A stretch of DNA of 64,000 nucleotides from Candidatus Latescibacterota bacterium. GTDB taxonomy: Bacteria; Latescibacterota; UBA2968; UBA8231. The stretch lies in assembly GCA_965243025.1 (NCBI GenBank), contig CBDETY010000003.1, forward strand, positions 4,416,001-4,480,000. The letters run 5' to 3'. Positions within the stretch are counted from its first letter, which is position 1, and the number at the start of each line of letters is the position of its first letter. The notes beneath the pieces were generated by a model. That model saw only the letters and a list, made by a program, of their open reading frames with translations. It did no database searches and was not told the DNA's origin. Shown here in pieces: positions 36,429 through 47,480 of the stretch. The position numbers and the translations under genes are program-made.

Positions 36429-37339
36429 GGGTTCTTGTCACAGGGGCGCACGGCCTGCTCGGCAGGTCGCTGGTGCAGGAGGGCGCGGGCTTCGAGCTGA
36501 TATCCTGCGGCCGCCGGGAAGAGCCGGTCGGCCCGGCGTATCACCGCATCGACCTCGCCGACGGCGCCGCGGTCGAGAGCCTGATCGCCGCCACGGCACC
36601 CGACTGGGTGATCCACACCGCGGCCTGGACCGATGTCGACGGCTGCGAAGCGGATCCCGACCGCGCACGCCGCGTCAATCTCGAGCTCGTCAGAGCCCTG
36701 GGGACCGCCTGCTCGACCAGGGGAACCAGGCTGGTGCAGCTGTCGACCGATTATGTCTTCGACGGCCGCGGCGGACCCTACTCCGAGGCGGACGAGCCCA
36801 ACCCGCTGTCCCACTACGGCCGCATCAAGCTCGAGAGCGAGCGCGTCGTTCTCGAGGGGGATTCGCCGGGACTGGTCGTGCGCACCTTGTGGCTCTACGG
36901 ACATGCCCCCGGGGTGCGCCGCAACCTCGTCACCTGGCCCCTGCAAGCCCTGGCCCGCGGAGCCCCCCTCAGAATCGCCGACGACCAGTGGGGCAATCCG
37001 ACGTTTGCAACCGACCTGGCGCGCGCCATTCTCGACCTGTGCAAGAGGGATTGCCGCGGGCTCTACCACGCAGGGGGAGCCGATTTCATGACTCGCCTCA
37101 AGCTGGTCGAGGAACTCGCGTCCACCTTCGGATTCGATACCGGGAGTATCGTCCCCACGCCGACCGCGGAAATCGGCCAGCTCGCCGAGCGGCCGCTGCG
37201 TTCGGGATTGAAGAGCGGAAAAACAGAGGCGGAACTGGGGCGCCCCATGCTGGGCCTGGGCGCCGGCCTGGACGAGATGAGAGCCGAATCCTGCTTCCGC
37301 GCCGAATTCGAGGATATCTTTTCCGATGTCGCACGCTGA
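36425..37339 (+). CDS. rfbD: dTDP-4-dehydrorhamnose reductase
   Basis: Motifs VTGAHGLLG, HTAAWTDVDGCE, STDYVFDG, PLSHYGRIKLESE, DQWGNPT. Confidence 0.9.
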   Translation: MRVLVTGAHGLLGRSLVQEGAGFELISCGRREEPVGPAYHRIDLADGAAVESLIAATAPDWVIHTAAWTDVDGCEADPDRARRVNLELVRALGTACSTRGTRLVQLSTDYVFDGRGGPYSEADEPNPLSHYGRIKLESERVVLEGDSPGLVVRTLWLYGHAPGVRRNLVTWPLQALARGAPLRIADDQWGNPTFATDLARAILDLCKRDCRGLYHAGGADFMTRLKLVEELASTFGFDTGSIVPTPTAEIGQLAERPLRSGLKSGKTEAELGRPMLGLGAGLDEMRAESCFRAEFEDIFSDVAR

Positions 37340-38057
37340 ATTCAGCGTCTCGCTGATCACCCCGACCTACAACGAACGCGAGAACATCACCCTGCTCGCC
37401 GAGGAGCTGTTTGAAGTCCTCGCCGGAGCCGACGACATCGATCTGGAGCTGATCGTCGTGGACGACAACTCCCCCGACGGTACCGGCGAGATGGCAGAGG
37501 CGCTCAAGGACCGTTATCCGGTCACCGTCGTGCACCGGAGCGGCAAGCTCGGTCTCGGCTCCGCGGTAATGGCGGGATTCGCCCGGAGCGAGCGGCCCTG
37601 CCTCGGGGTTATCGACGCCGACCTCAGCCACGATCCGGCGATCCTGCCGGAACTGATCCGCGGGCTGCGCGAGCACGACCTGACCATGGGCAGCCGTTTC
37701 GGGGAAACCAGCGCGGTGGAAAAGTGGGCGCTGCACCGGAAGATGATCTCCCTTGCGGGGGTGGGGGCGGCGCGGTTGATCACCGGAGTCGAGGACCCCC
37801 TTTCCGGGTATTTCTTCCTGCGCCGCGAGGTGATCGACGGAGAGTTCGAGCTGACCTCGGGAGGCTACAAGATCCTGCTGGAAATCCTCATGAAGGGCAG
37901 ATACGCATCGCACCGGTCGACGCCGTTCGTGTTCCGCAACCGCCAGTTCAGCGACAGCAAGCTCGACTTTCGCGAGTACGTGCTGTTCGCCAAGCAGATT
38001 CTGGTCTTCGGGATTTCCCGGATGTTGGGCAGGCGGCCCGGAAGAGGCGGGAAATGA
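37326..38057 (+). CDS. Polyprenol monophosphomannose synthase-like GT2 (DPM1-like)
   Basis: Motifs PTYNERENI, VDDNSPDGT, KLGLGSA, IDADLSHDP, GSRF, DPLSGYF, SKL. Confidence 0.9.
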   Translation: MSHAEFSVSLITPTYNERENITLLAEELFEVLAGADDIDLELIVVDDNSPDGTGEMAEALKDRYPVTVVHRSGKLGLGSAVMAGFARSERPCLGVIDADLSHDPAILPELIRGLREHDLTMGSRFGETSAVEKWALHRKMISLAGVGAARLITGVEDPLSGYFFLRREVIDGEFELTSGGYKILLEILMKGRYASHRSTPFVFRNRQFSDSKLDFREYVLFAKQILVFGISRMLGRRPGRGGK

Positions 38058-39793
38058 CCCATACCGCCGGCGGGAAAGCGGCTCAGGGCGGGCCGGGGGT
38101 CCACGCCCCGGAAATCGATCTCACAGTAGTCGTACCCAGCTACAACACCCGGGATCTGATGGAGCAGACGCTGCGCACGGTACTGGAGGCGTCCGCCGGG
38201 CTCGAGGTCGAGGTGATCGTGGTAGACAACGCCTCCCGCGACGGCAGCGCGGAGATGGTCGAGCGGAAATTCCCCGAGATCGAGCTGATCAGGAACGACC
38301 GCAACCTCGGCTTTGCCGCAGCCAACAACATCGCCTTCCGGCGCTCGCGCGGGCGCTACGTCCTGCTCCTCAATTCCGATACCATCGTGCGCCCCGACAC
38401 CCTTCGCTGCCTTGTGCAGTTTCTCGACGACCATCCCGAAGCGGCCGCGGCCGGCTGCAAGATCCTCAACCCCGACGGCACCCTGCAGCTGGAATCGCGG
38501 CGGAGTTTCCCGACGCCGATGGCAGCCTTCTACAAGCTCAGCGGCCTGAGCCGGCTATTCCCGGACAGCCGCCGCTTCGGCCGCTACAACCTGACCTACC
38601 TCGACGAAGAGCAGGTCAGCCAGGTCGACGCCCTGTCCGGCTCCTGCATGATGGTGCGCCGCCGCGTCATCGACGAGGTCGGCCCCCTCGACGAAGACTA
38701 CTTCATGTATGGCGAGGACATCGACTGGTGTTTCCGGATGCAGAAGGCGGGGTGGAAGATCTACTACGTGCCGGACACGGAGATCATCCATTTCAGGGGA
38801 GAGAGCGGCAAGAAGGTCGAGATGCGCACCCAGTACCGGAAGAACGAGGCGATGGCGATTTTCGTGCGCAAGCACCTCAAGCAGCGCTACCCCCTTTCTC
38901 CCCTGCTGCTGCTGAACCTCGGCATCCTCCTGTACGGACTCTTCTCTTTTCTGGTCCCGTTGGCCCGCCGCCTGACGGTGCCGGCGTTCGATGCCCTGCT
39001 TGTACTCCTCGGCCTGAAACTCGGGTTGGCGGTGCGCTACCATCCCGAGGCGATGCCGCTGATAGGCGACCTCGAAGCGATCGCCAACCGCCTGGCCCTC
39101 GACGTCAACCCGACGCGCTGGCTGACGCCGCCGCCGTACAGCGACATCGAGTGGCAGGTGCTCCACGCCCTCCCCACCGCTATCTGGGTAGCCTCGTTTT
39201 TCCTCGTGGGCCTGTACGACCGGCGGCGCCTGTCCGCGGCATGGGCGGTTGCCGGAGTCGCCCTGGGCTTCGCCATCATCGTGACCAGCGTCTTCTTCTT
39301 CAAGGCCTACAACTTCTCCCGGCTGGCTGTGGGAGCGGCGTGGATATTCAACACCGTTCTGGTAGCGGGCTGGCGTATCGGTTGGCGGTGGCTGCTGCAG
39401 TCGCGCCACGTCCGCGAAAGCAGGCGCATCCTGCTGGTGGGAGTGGACGAGAGCGCCCGCCAGCTGCTCGATTACCTCCGGGAGACCAACTACCTCGGCT
39501 GTGAGCTGATCGGCGTAGTCGGCCCGGACCGGGACAGTGCCGGCCGCATTCTCGAAGGCATCCAGATCGTCGGCTCGATCGACCAGCTGGAGGAACTCGT
39601 CACCGAGTACTCCGTCGACGAAGTCATCTTCACCTCGGCGACCATATCCCACTCGCTCAAACCTCTGGGGGGCCGCAGGATGCGCTCCGTGCACGTGCGC
39701 ATGGTGCCGGCTTCCTTCCCGCGGCTGGTCGCCGGGACCGAACCGCAATCGATGGACGACCTGCCGCTGGTCGAAATCCGCTCCAGGCGTTAG
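38054..39793 (+). CDS. GT2 glycosyltransferase fused to membrane and Rossmann/CoA-binding-like domains
   Basis: Motifs VVDNASRDGS, NLGFAAANN, LLNSDT, SGSCMM, DEDYFMYGEDIDWC; TM helices followed by RRILLVG. Confidence 0.88.
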   Translation: MTHTAGGKAAQGGPGVHAPEIDLTVVVPSYNTRDLMEQTLRTVLEASAGLEVEVIVVDNASRDGSAEMVERKFPEIELIRNDRNLGFAAANNIAFRRSRGRYVLLLNSDTIVRPDTLRCLVQFLDDHPEAAAAGCKILNPDGTLQLESRRSFPTPMAAFYKLSGLSRLFPDSRRFGRYNLTYLDEEQVSQVDALSGSCMMVRRRVIDEVGPLDEDYFMYGEDIDWCFRMQKAGWKIYYVPDTEIIHFRGESGKKVEMRTQYRKNEAMAIFVRKHLKQRYPLSPLLLLNLGILLYGLFSFLVPLARRLTVPAFDALLVLLGLKLGLAVRYHPEAMPLIGDLEAIANRLALDVNPTRWLTPPPYSDIEWQVLHALPTAIWVASFFLVGLYDRRRLSAAWAVAGVALGFAIIVTSVFFFKAYNFSRLAVGAAWIFNTVLVAGWRIGWRWLLQSRHVRESRRILLVGVDESARQLLDYLRETNYLGCELIGVVGPDRDSAGRILEGIQIVGSIDQLEELVTEYSVDEVIFTSATISHSLKPLGGRRMRSVHVRMVPASFPRLVAGTEPQSMDDLPLVEIRSRR

Positions 39794-39965
39794 CAGTCCG
39801 CCAGGGACACCCCGGCCGCCAGGGCAGCGAAAAAAGCCGTGTCCGGCACCGCCTCCGGACCGGGAGCCGACACCGGAAGGACTTGACGAGTCCACCTTCC
39901 GGTAGTCAATTAGTCCGGAAGTTGCCGAGCAGAAGCTACCAGCATGTCGCGATAACGGCCCTGAA

Positions 39966-40670
39966 ATGACCCAGAGTATCCAGATAGCAGGGGGACGCGA
40001 GATCGTTCTCCCGTTCAGCAAGGCGATCGAGATCAGCCTGCGCAGTCTCAAGATCCGCTTCGGCCGCTCCCTGATCACCACCAGCGGCATCGTGCTGGCC
40101 ATTGCCTTCCTCATGTCGGTGTGGAGCAGCAACGACCTCGTCGAAAGCCTGCGCGGCGCCAACAAGAGCGAACTGAACCTGCTCTTGCAGAAGAACGGAA
40201 TCGAGACGGTAACCGCGGAGATGGCCGGCACCTCCGGCGAAGCCCAGGCGCGAATGGAGGAGGAGCGCTCGAAGCAGACCTGGCTCATCAGCCTGTCGCT
40301 CCTCGTCTGCGTCGTCGGCATCGCCAACGCCATGCTGATGTCGGTGACCGAGCGCTTCCGCGAGATCGGCACGATGAAGTGCCTGGGCGCTCTCGACTCC
40401 TTCATCATCAAGCTTTTCCTGCTCGAATCGACGTTTCAGGGAGCCGCCGGCACGGTCGTCGGCATCCTCATCGGCCTCCTGTTGACCATCCTTCTCGCCC
40501 TCTTCGACTACGGCGAATTCGTCTTCGAATACTTCCCGATGATCGACGTCGTGCGCTCCGCAGGCGCTGCGATCGTCTCCGGAACGCTGCTGTCCCTCGT
40601 CGGCGCCATGTTACCGGCCTACAAGGCGGCCAAGATGGAGCCTGTCGAGGCGATGCGCTCCGACACCTGA
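39966..40670 (+). CDS. FtsX/MacB-like ABC transporter permease
   Basis: Motifs GIANAMLMSVTERFREIGTMKCLGA and PAYKAAKMEPVEAMR. Confidence 0.88.
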   Translation: MTQSIQIAGGREIVLPFSKAIEISLRSLKIRFGRSLITTSGIVLAIAFLMSVWSSNDLVESLRGANKSELNLLLQKNGIETVTAEMAGTSGEAQARMEEERSKQTWLISLSLLVCVVGIANAMLMSVTERFREIGTMKCLGALDSFIIKLFLLESTFQGAAGTVVGILIGLLLTILLALFDYGEFVFEYFPMIDVVRSAGAAIVSGTLLSLVGAMLPAYKAAKMEPVEAMRSDT

Positions 40671-40703
40671 GTCCTTTCCGACTTCTTCACCGACGAGATA
40701 CCC

Positions 40704-41492
40704 ATGGCAAGCGAAGATTCCCTGGCAGCTGTCGACCCCGGCGTGGGGACCGCCGAAGAGAAGCGCACGGTGGTGCGCACTCAGAAGGTCAAGAAGGTGT
40801 ACCAGATGGGCATGGCGGAGGTGCACGCCCTGCGGGGCGTCGACCTCGAGATCTACTCGGGAGAGTACATGTCGATCATGGGGCCTTCCGGTTCCGGAAA
40901 GAGCACCCTTTTCAACATGGTCGGCGGACTCGACAAGCCGTCGGAGGGCAAGGTCTACATCGACGAGGTGGACGTCGCCCAGCTCGACGCATATGAGCTC
41001 GCCTGGCTGCGCTGCCGCAAGATCGGCTACATCTTTCAGTCCTTCAATCTGATTCCGGTGATGACGGCGCTCGAGAACGTGACCCTTCCCATGGTCTTCG
41101 CGGGCCTCACCAGCGACGAATCGCGCGACAAGGGGATGGACCTGCTCGGCAAGGTGGGCCTGGGCGACCGGCATTCGCACAAACCTTTCGAGTTGTCGGG
41201 CGGCCAGCAGCAGCGCGTCGCCGTCGCCCGTGCCCTGGCCAACGACCCGGCGGTCGTGCTCGCCGACGAGCCGACAGCCAACCTCGACCTCCGCACCGGC
41301 ACCGAAATCATCGAGCTGCTGCGCTCCATGAACCAGACATCGGGGGTTACCGTGATTTCGGCGACCCACGATCACAAGATGCTGAGCGTCTCCGACCGCG
41401 TCGTCTGGATCGCCGACGGCCAGGTCGACCGCATCGCACTCCGCGAGGACCTCGAGATCGAGACGGTTTCGGTCGGCGACGAGGAGCAGTAA
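40704..41492 (+). CDS. ABC transporter ATP-binding protein (LolD/MacB-like)
   Basis: Motifs GPSGSGKST, LSGGQQQRVA, LADEPTANLD, ATHD. Confidence 0.93.
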   Translation: MASEDSLAAVDPGVGTAEEKRTVVRTQKVKKVYQMGMAEVHALRGVDLEIYSGEYMSIMGPSGSGKSTLFNMVGGLDKPSEGKVYIDEVDVAQLDAYELAWLRCRKIGYIFQSFNLIPVMTALENVTLPMVFAGLTSDESRDKGMDLLGKVGLGDRHSHKPFELSGGQQQRVAVARALANDPAVVLADEPTANLDLRTGTEIIELLRSMNQTSGVTVISATHDHKMLSVSDRVVWIADGQVDRIALREDLEIETVSVGDEEQ

Positions 41493-41519
41493 CAGCAGCA
41501 GCGGACTGCCGGCCGGCTG

Positions 41520-41548
41520 TTGACAGTCGCACAACCGCCGCCTAGAAT
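41520..41548 (+). promoter_or_regulatory. sigma70 promoter of the trp operon
   Basis: TTGACA (41520-41525), 17 nt, TAGAAT (41543-41548). Confidence 0.75.
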
Positions 41549-41569
41549 TGCTTCGTTGCAGGTGACGAA

Positions 41570-41680
41570 ATGACGACGCTCATGAAAACCGGTTCGATCG
41601 CAGACCGCCGCTACTGGTGGCGCTCCCGATACAATACGCGCGAAATGGATGCGTCCACCCTTCGGCCCGACGGGGCCTGA
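41570..41680 (+). CDS. trpL: trp operon leader peptide
   Basis: MTTLMKTGSIADRRYWWRSRYNTREMDASTLRPDGA*; tandem TGG TGG at 41615-41620; alternative start at 41582. Confidence 0.8.
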   Translation: MTTLMKTGSIADRRYWWRSRYNTREMDASTLRPDGA

Positions 41681-41703
41681 CATAACCAAAACCCGAGGAG
41701 CCG

Positions 41704-41736
41704 CCGCGGACGCATCAGCGTTCGCGGTTTTTTTTT
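41704..41736 (+). terminator. trp attenuator intrinsic terminator
   Basis: Stem CCGCGGACGC-ATCA-GCGTTCGCGG followed by T9; competing antiterminator GATGCGTCC (41648-41656) pairs with GGACGCATC (41708-41716). Confidence 0.85.
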
Positions 41737-41815
41737 GCCGGACCCCCAACCCGGGGCAGCCGGCAGTTACTCCGACCGGAAGAACGGAAAGCGAAAGACA
41801 CCGAAGAGCACACCG

Positions 41816-43386
<1,571 letters not shown>

Positions 43387-43390
<4 letters not shown>

Positions 43391-43953
43391 TCTTCGTTCT
43401 TGATAACTACGATTCCTTTACATACAATCTCGTCCAGTACCTCGGGGAGCTCGGCGCCGAGTTGCAGGTGCACCGGAACGACAGGATCACCGTCGACGAA
43501 GTGGCCGCTCTCCAGCCGGAGAAGATCGTCGTCTCACCGGGCCCCTGTACGCCGAACGAAGCCGGCATTTCGATGGAACTGGCGGTTCGACTCGGCCCGC
43601 AGATACCCCTGCTCGGCGTCTGTCTCGGGCACCAGGCGATCGGCCAGGCCTTCGGCGGTGTCGTCGTCCGCGCCCCCGCCATCATGCACGGAAAGACGTC
43701 GGAAATCCACCACGACGGTCAGCGCCTCTTCGCCGACTTGCCCAACCCCTTCACTGCTACGCGTTACCATTCGCTCGTCGTCGAACGCGGGACCCTTCCC
43801 GACTGTCTCGAGATTGTGGCCGAAACCGACGACCGCGTCATCATGGGCATCCGCCACCGCGATTACCCGGTTCAGGGAGTCCAGTTCCATCCCGAATCGA
43901 TCCTGACCGGGGAAGGCAAGCGGCTGCTCGCGAACTTTCTCAACCAGAACTGA
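43387..43953 (+). CDS. trpG: Anthranilate synthase component II (glutamine amidotransferase)
   Basis: Motifs [33 protein letters not shown]. Confidence 0.94.
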
Positions 43954-43976
43954 CCGTCACCGACCAGGAAAGGCGC

Positions 43977-44987
43977 GTGATGCAGACCGCAATTCAACAG
44001 CTGCTCGACGGCGTGGATCTCGACCGCGACGGCGCCAGGGGAGCGATGGACCAGATCATGAGCGGAGAGGCTACCGACGCCCAGATAGGAGCCTTCCTGA
44101 TCGCCCTGCGCTGCAAGGGGGAAACGGTGACCGAGGTGGCGGGTTTCGCCGAAGCGATGCGCGAGAAGGCGACGCGCATCAGCGGCGGCGGCAGGACGAA
44201 GATCGACACCTGCGGGACCGGGGGGGACGGTTCGGGAACGTTCAACATCTCGACGGCCGTCGCCTTCGTCGCCGCCGGCGCCGGTCTCTGCGTCGCCAAG
44301 CACGGCAACCGCGCCATGTCGAGCCGGTGCGGCTCCGCCGACGTGCTGCTGGAGCTCGGGGTCAACATCGAAGCCGCCCCCGGCAAGGTCTCCGAGTGCC
44401 TCGATGAAGCCGGCATCGGCTTCCTGTTCGCGCCCCTGCTGCACGGGGCGATGAAGCACGCCATCGGCCCTCGCAGGGAGATCGGCACCCGCACGGTGTT
44501 CAACATCCTCGGGCCCCTGACCAATCCGGCCGGCGCCAGGCGGCAGCTGCTCGGCGTCTTCGACGCCGGTCTCACCGGGAAACTGGCCGGGGTGCTGCAG
44601 ATGCTGGGCTCCGAGCGCGCCTACGTCGTCCACGGCAGCGACGGCCTCGACGAGATCACCTCGACCGGGCCTTCGCAGGTCACCGAGCTTAAAGACGGAG
44701 CCCTGAAAACCTTCGCGATCACCCCGGACTGTTTCGGCTTCGAGACGGCGACCGCCGCCGACCTTCAGGGGGGGAACGCCGCGGACAACGCCGCCATTCT
44801 GCGGTCCGTTCTCGAAGGCAAGCCGGGGCCTGCCAGGGACGTCGTGGTGATGAATGCCGCCGCGGCCGTTGCCGCCGGCGACCTGGCGGAGGACCTGCCT
44901 TCGGGCGCCGCCGTGGCCGAGGAGAGCATCGCCTCAGGCGCGGCCCTCGCGGCCCTGGAAAAGCTGGTCGAAGTCAGCAACTCATAG
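43977..44987 (+). CDS. trpD: Anthranilate phosphoribosyltransferase
   Basis: Motifs DTCGTGGDG..TFNIST, KHGNR, GSADVL, RTVFNILGPLTNP, DGLDE. Confidence 0.95.
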   Translation: MMQTAIQQLLDGVDLDRDGARGAMDQIMSGEATDAQIGAFLIALRCKGETVTEVAGFAEAMREKATRISGGGRTKIDTCGTGGDGSGTFNISTAVAFVAAGAGLCVAKHGNRAMSSRCGSADVLLELGVNIEAAPGKVSECLDEAGIGFLFAPLLHGAMKHAIGPRREIGTRTVFNILGPLTNPAGARRQLLGVFDAGLTGKLAGVLQMLGSERAYVVHGSDGLDEITSTGPSQVTELKDGALKTFAITPDCFGFETATAADLQGGNAADNAAILRSVLEGKPGPARDVVVMNAAAAVAAGDLAEDLPSGAAVAEESIASGAALAALEKLVEVSNS

Positions 44988-45144
44988 TGTCCCTCTATCC
45001 CGATATCAGACCGCTCGCACCCCGCAGGGGCGCGGCGCGGCTCCCCCAGGCGTTTTTCCAGCCAGGCCCTGCGGCGGCCGAACCGCAGCGGTCGATCTCC
45101 GGGACGAGACGCCGGGGGGATTTTCCGGAATTGGTCCGGGAAGC

Positions 45145-45939
45145 ATGACCGTCGCCAAAGAGACCGATATCCTGCGGGAGATCGCCGCCTGCAAGCGCGA
45201 TTTCGTGGCGCGCGCCAAGGGGGAAAGGTCGCTTGCGGATGTGCGCTCGCACGCGCGGGACTGCCCGGAGCCCCTCGACTTCCGCGGCGCCCTGACCGAA
45301 GAGGATGTCGCCCTGATCGCGGAAATCAAGAAGGCATCTCCATCGAAGGGGTTGATCCGCGCCGATTTCGCCCCCGCCGAGATCGCCGCCACCTACGCCG
45401 GAAGCGGGGCAAGCGCGTTGTCGGTGCTTACCGACGAGGCGTATTTTCAGGGATCCGACGCCGATCTGCAGGCGGCGCGCGCCGCTTCCGGGCTGCCGGT
45501 GCTGCGCAAGGATTTCACCGTCGACCAGTACCAGCTGCACGAAGCCCGCGTCATCGGCGCCGACGCGGTGCTCCTGATCGTCGCGCTGATGGACGGCGGG
45601 CAGCTGGAGGACTTCCTCGGGATCGGGCGCGAGCTCGGACTGGCGGTGCTCGTCGAGGTTCACTGCCGCGAGGAGATGCGGCGCGCCCTGGCGGTCGGCG
45701 CCGACCTGGTCGGCGTCAACAACCGCGACCTCAGGACCTTCACCACCACCCTGGAAACGACATTCGAGCTGCTGCCGCTGATCGGCGGCGATGCCGTCAC
45801 GGTCAGCGAGAGCGGCATCAATTCCCGCGCCGACGTCGAGGCTGTCGGCGAAGCCGGGGCCGACGCGGTGCTGGTCGGCGAAGCCCTGATGCGCGAGCCG
45901 GACATCGGCGCCAAGGTCAGCGAACTGCTCGCCAGGTAG
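45145..45939 (+). CDS. trpC: Indole-3-glycerol phosphate synthase
   Basis: Motifs IAEIKKASPSKG, SVLTD..YFQGS, LRKDF, VEVH, GVNNRDL, SESGI, LVGEALM. Confidence 0.95.
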   Translation: MTVAKETDILREIAACKRDFVARAKGERSLADVRSHARDCPEPLDFRGALTEEDVALIAEIKKASPSKGLIRADFAPAEIAATYAGSGASALSVLTDEAYFQGSDADLQAARAASGLPVLRKDFTVDQYQLHEARVIGADAVLLIVALMDGGQLEDFLGIGRELGLAVLVEVHCREEMRRALAVGADLVGVNNRDLRTFTTTLETTFELLPLIGGDAVTVSESGINSRADVEAVGEAGADAVLVGEALMREPDIGAKVSELLAR

Positions 45940-45947
45940 GAATTCAA

Positions 45948-46934
45948 GTGGCCAGAAAAAGAGTCCTTTCCGGCATCCAGCCGAGCGGCGAGCCCCACAT
46001 AGGCAACCTGATCGGCGCCATCGCCCACTGGGTAGCCGACCAGGAGGAGTACGAGAATTTCTTCTGCATCGTCGATCAGCACGCCATCACGGTCGACTAC
46101 GACCCCGGGGAGCTCAGGGAGAACACGCGGCTTATGGCCGCCGTTCTCCTGGCCGCCGGCATCGACCCGGAGCGCAGCGTCCTGTTCGTGCAGTCCCACG
46201 TGCCCGAGCACACCGAGCTCACCTGGCTGCTCACCTGCGTGACCCCCATGGGCTGGCTGCAGCGGATGACGCAGTTCAAGGACAAGGCCGGGGACCGCGA
46301 TGAAGCGATCGGCACCGGGCTCTTCGCCTACCCCGTGCTCATGGCTGCCGACATCCTCATCTACCATGCGGACGCGGTTCCGGTCGGCGAGGATCAGAAG
46401 CAGCACGTCGAGCTCGCCCGCGACATCGCCAATCGCTTCAACAACCGCTTCGGAAAGGTGTTCACCGTACCCGAGCCTCTGATCCGGCCCGTGGGGGCGC
46501 GGGTAATGGGTCTGGACGACCCCACCAGGAAGATGTCGAAATCCGAAGGAGGCAGGTACCACGCCATCGGCCTTCTCGACGACCCGAAGGAGATACGGAG
46601 GAAACTGGCGCGGGCGGTAACCGACTCGGAGCGGGAGATCGTCTTCAATCCCCGCCGCCCCGGGCTCTTCAACCTGCTGACGATTTACCGGGCCCTGTCC
46701 GGGCTCGGCGAGGAGGAGATCGAGGACCGGTTCCGGGACAAGGGGTACGGAGACCTCAAGGGTGAGCTCGCCGACCTCGTGATCGAGACGCTGGCGCCGC
46801 TGCAGAAGAAGTACCGCGAGATAACCGCAGATCCGCAGTACCTGGACGGGATCCTGGAGCAGGGGGCGGGAAAGGCAGGCCCCGTCGTCGATGGGACTAT
46901 GGATCGCGTGCGCTCGGTGATGGGTTTTCGCTAG
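45948..46934 (+). CDS. trpS: Tryptophan--tRNA ligase
   Basis: Motifs SGIQPSG.PHIGN, YPVLMAADIL, VPVGEDQKQH, KMSKS. Confidence 0.96.
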   Translation: MARKRVLSGIQPSGEPHIGNLIGAIAHWVADQEEYENFFCIVDQHAITVDYDPGELRENTRLMAAVLLAAGIDPERSVLFVQSHVPEHTELTWLLTCVTPMGWLQRMTQFKDKAGDRDEAIGTGLFAYPVLMAADILIYHADAVPVGEDQKQHVELARDIANRFNNRFGKVFTVPEPLIRPVGARVMGLDDPTRKMSKSEGGRYHAIGLLDDPKEIRRKLARAVTDSEREIVFNPRRPGLFNLLTIYRALSGLGEEEIEDRFRDKGYGDLKGELADLVIETLAPLQKKYREITADPQYLDGILEQGAGKAGPVVDGTMDRVRSVMGFR

Positions 46935-47153
46935 TGTCCCGTCGCAGAGATAGATTGACAAAATCGGGATGCCGAGGCGCCCGGCTCACAAGGCGCCTGA
47001 GCGAGTCGTACCGAGGGTGTACGGCGAGCGAAGGCAACGCCGTGAGCCGGGATTGAGGGGAAAAATCGCACCGGATGAGGGTTTCATTAAACCGCGATTT
47101 TTCCCCTCAATGGATCGGCATCCCGATGTCGAGATATTTCTGCGACAGGACAC
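46934..47153. mobile_element. 220-bp MITE with terminal inverted repeats and TA (CTAG) target, IS630-like ends, inserted in the trpS stop codon
   Basis: TA|GTGTCCCGTCGCAGAGATA ... TATTTCTGCGACAGGACAC|TA (19-bp TIR, 2 mismatches); nested internal inverted repeats; no transposase. Confidence 0.78.
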
Positions 47154-47209
47154 TAGTCCCGGACCGCGGCCGGAAAACGGGGTGATTCCGAACAGGAGCG
47201 CTGTTGCGA

Positions 47210-47467
47210 ATGGACCTCAGTGAGTGGCGTGCCCGCATCGACGAGGTGGACGAAGAGCTGGTCGATCTCATCAACAGGCGGCTCGAGTACGCCGTGGAGA
47301 TAGGCAGGATCAAGCGCGAGGAAGGGTTGGAGGTCCGTGACCCGCAACGGGAGCGCGACCTGTTGCAACGGCTGCGGGAATACAACCAGGGGCCGCTTGG
47401 AGACAGTGCCCTGGTCGACGTTTTCACGCGCCTGATCGCCGAAGCTCGAGAACTCGAGCAGCAGTGA
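47210..47467 (+). CDS. Chorismate mutase (AroQ/CM_2, monofunctional)
   Basis: LSEWRARIDEVDEELVDLINRR...IGRIK...RDPQRE; AGGAG SD upstream; alternative TTG start at 47204. Confidence 0.9.
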   Translation: MDLSEWRARIDEVDEELVDLINRRLEYAVEIGRIKREEGLEVRDPQRERDLLQRLREYNQGPLGDSALVDVFTRLIAEARELEQQ

Positions 47468-47480
47468 CCGGGAATACCGA

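Noticed and set aside
39873-39921. Riboswitch upstream of the ABC permease
   Set aside because: Alternative CCGGAAG/CTTCCGG hairpins exist, but no recognisable aptamer or U-tract terminator is present.
41550-41740. T-box riboswitch or TRAP site upstream of trpE
   Set aside because: No T-box consensus or (G/U)AG repeat run is seen; the leader-peptide attenuator explains the region.
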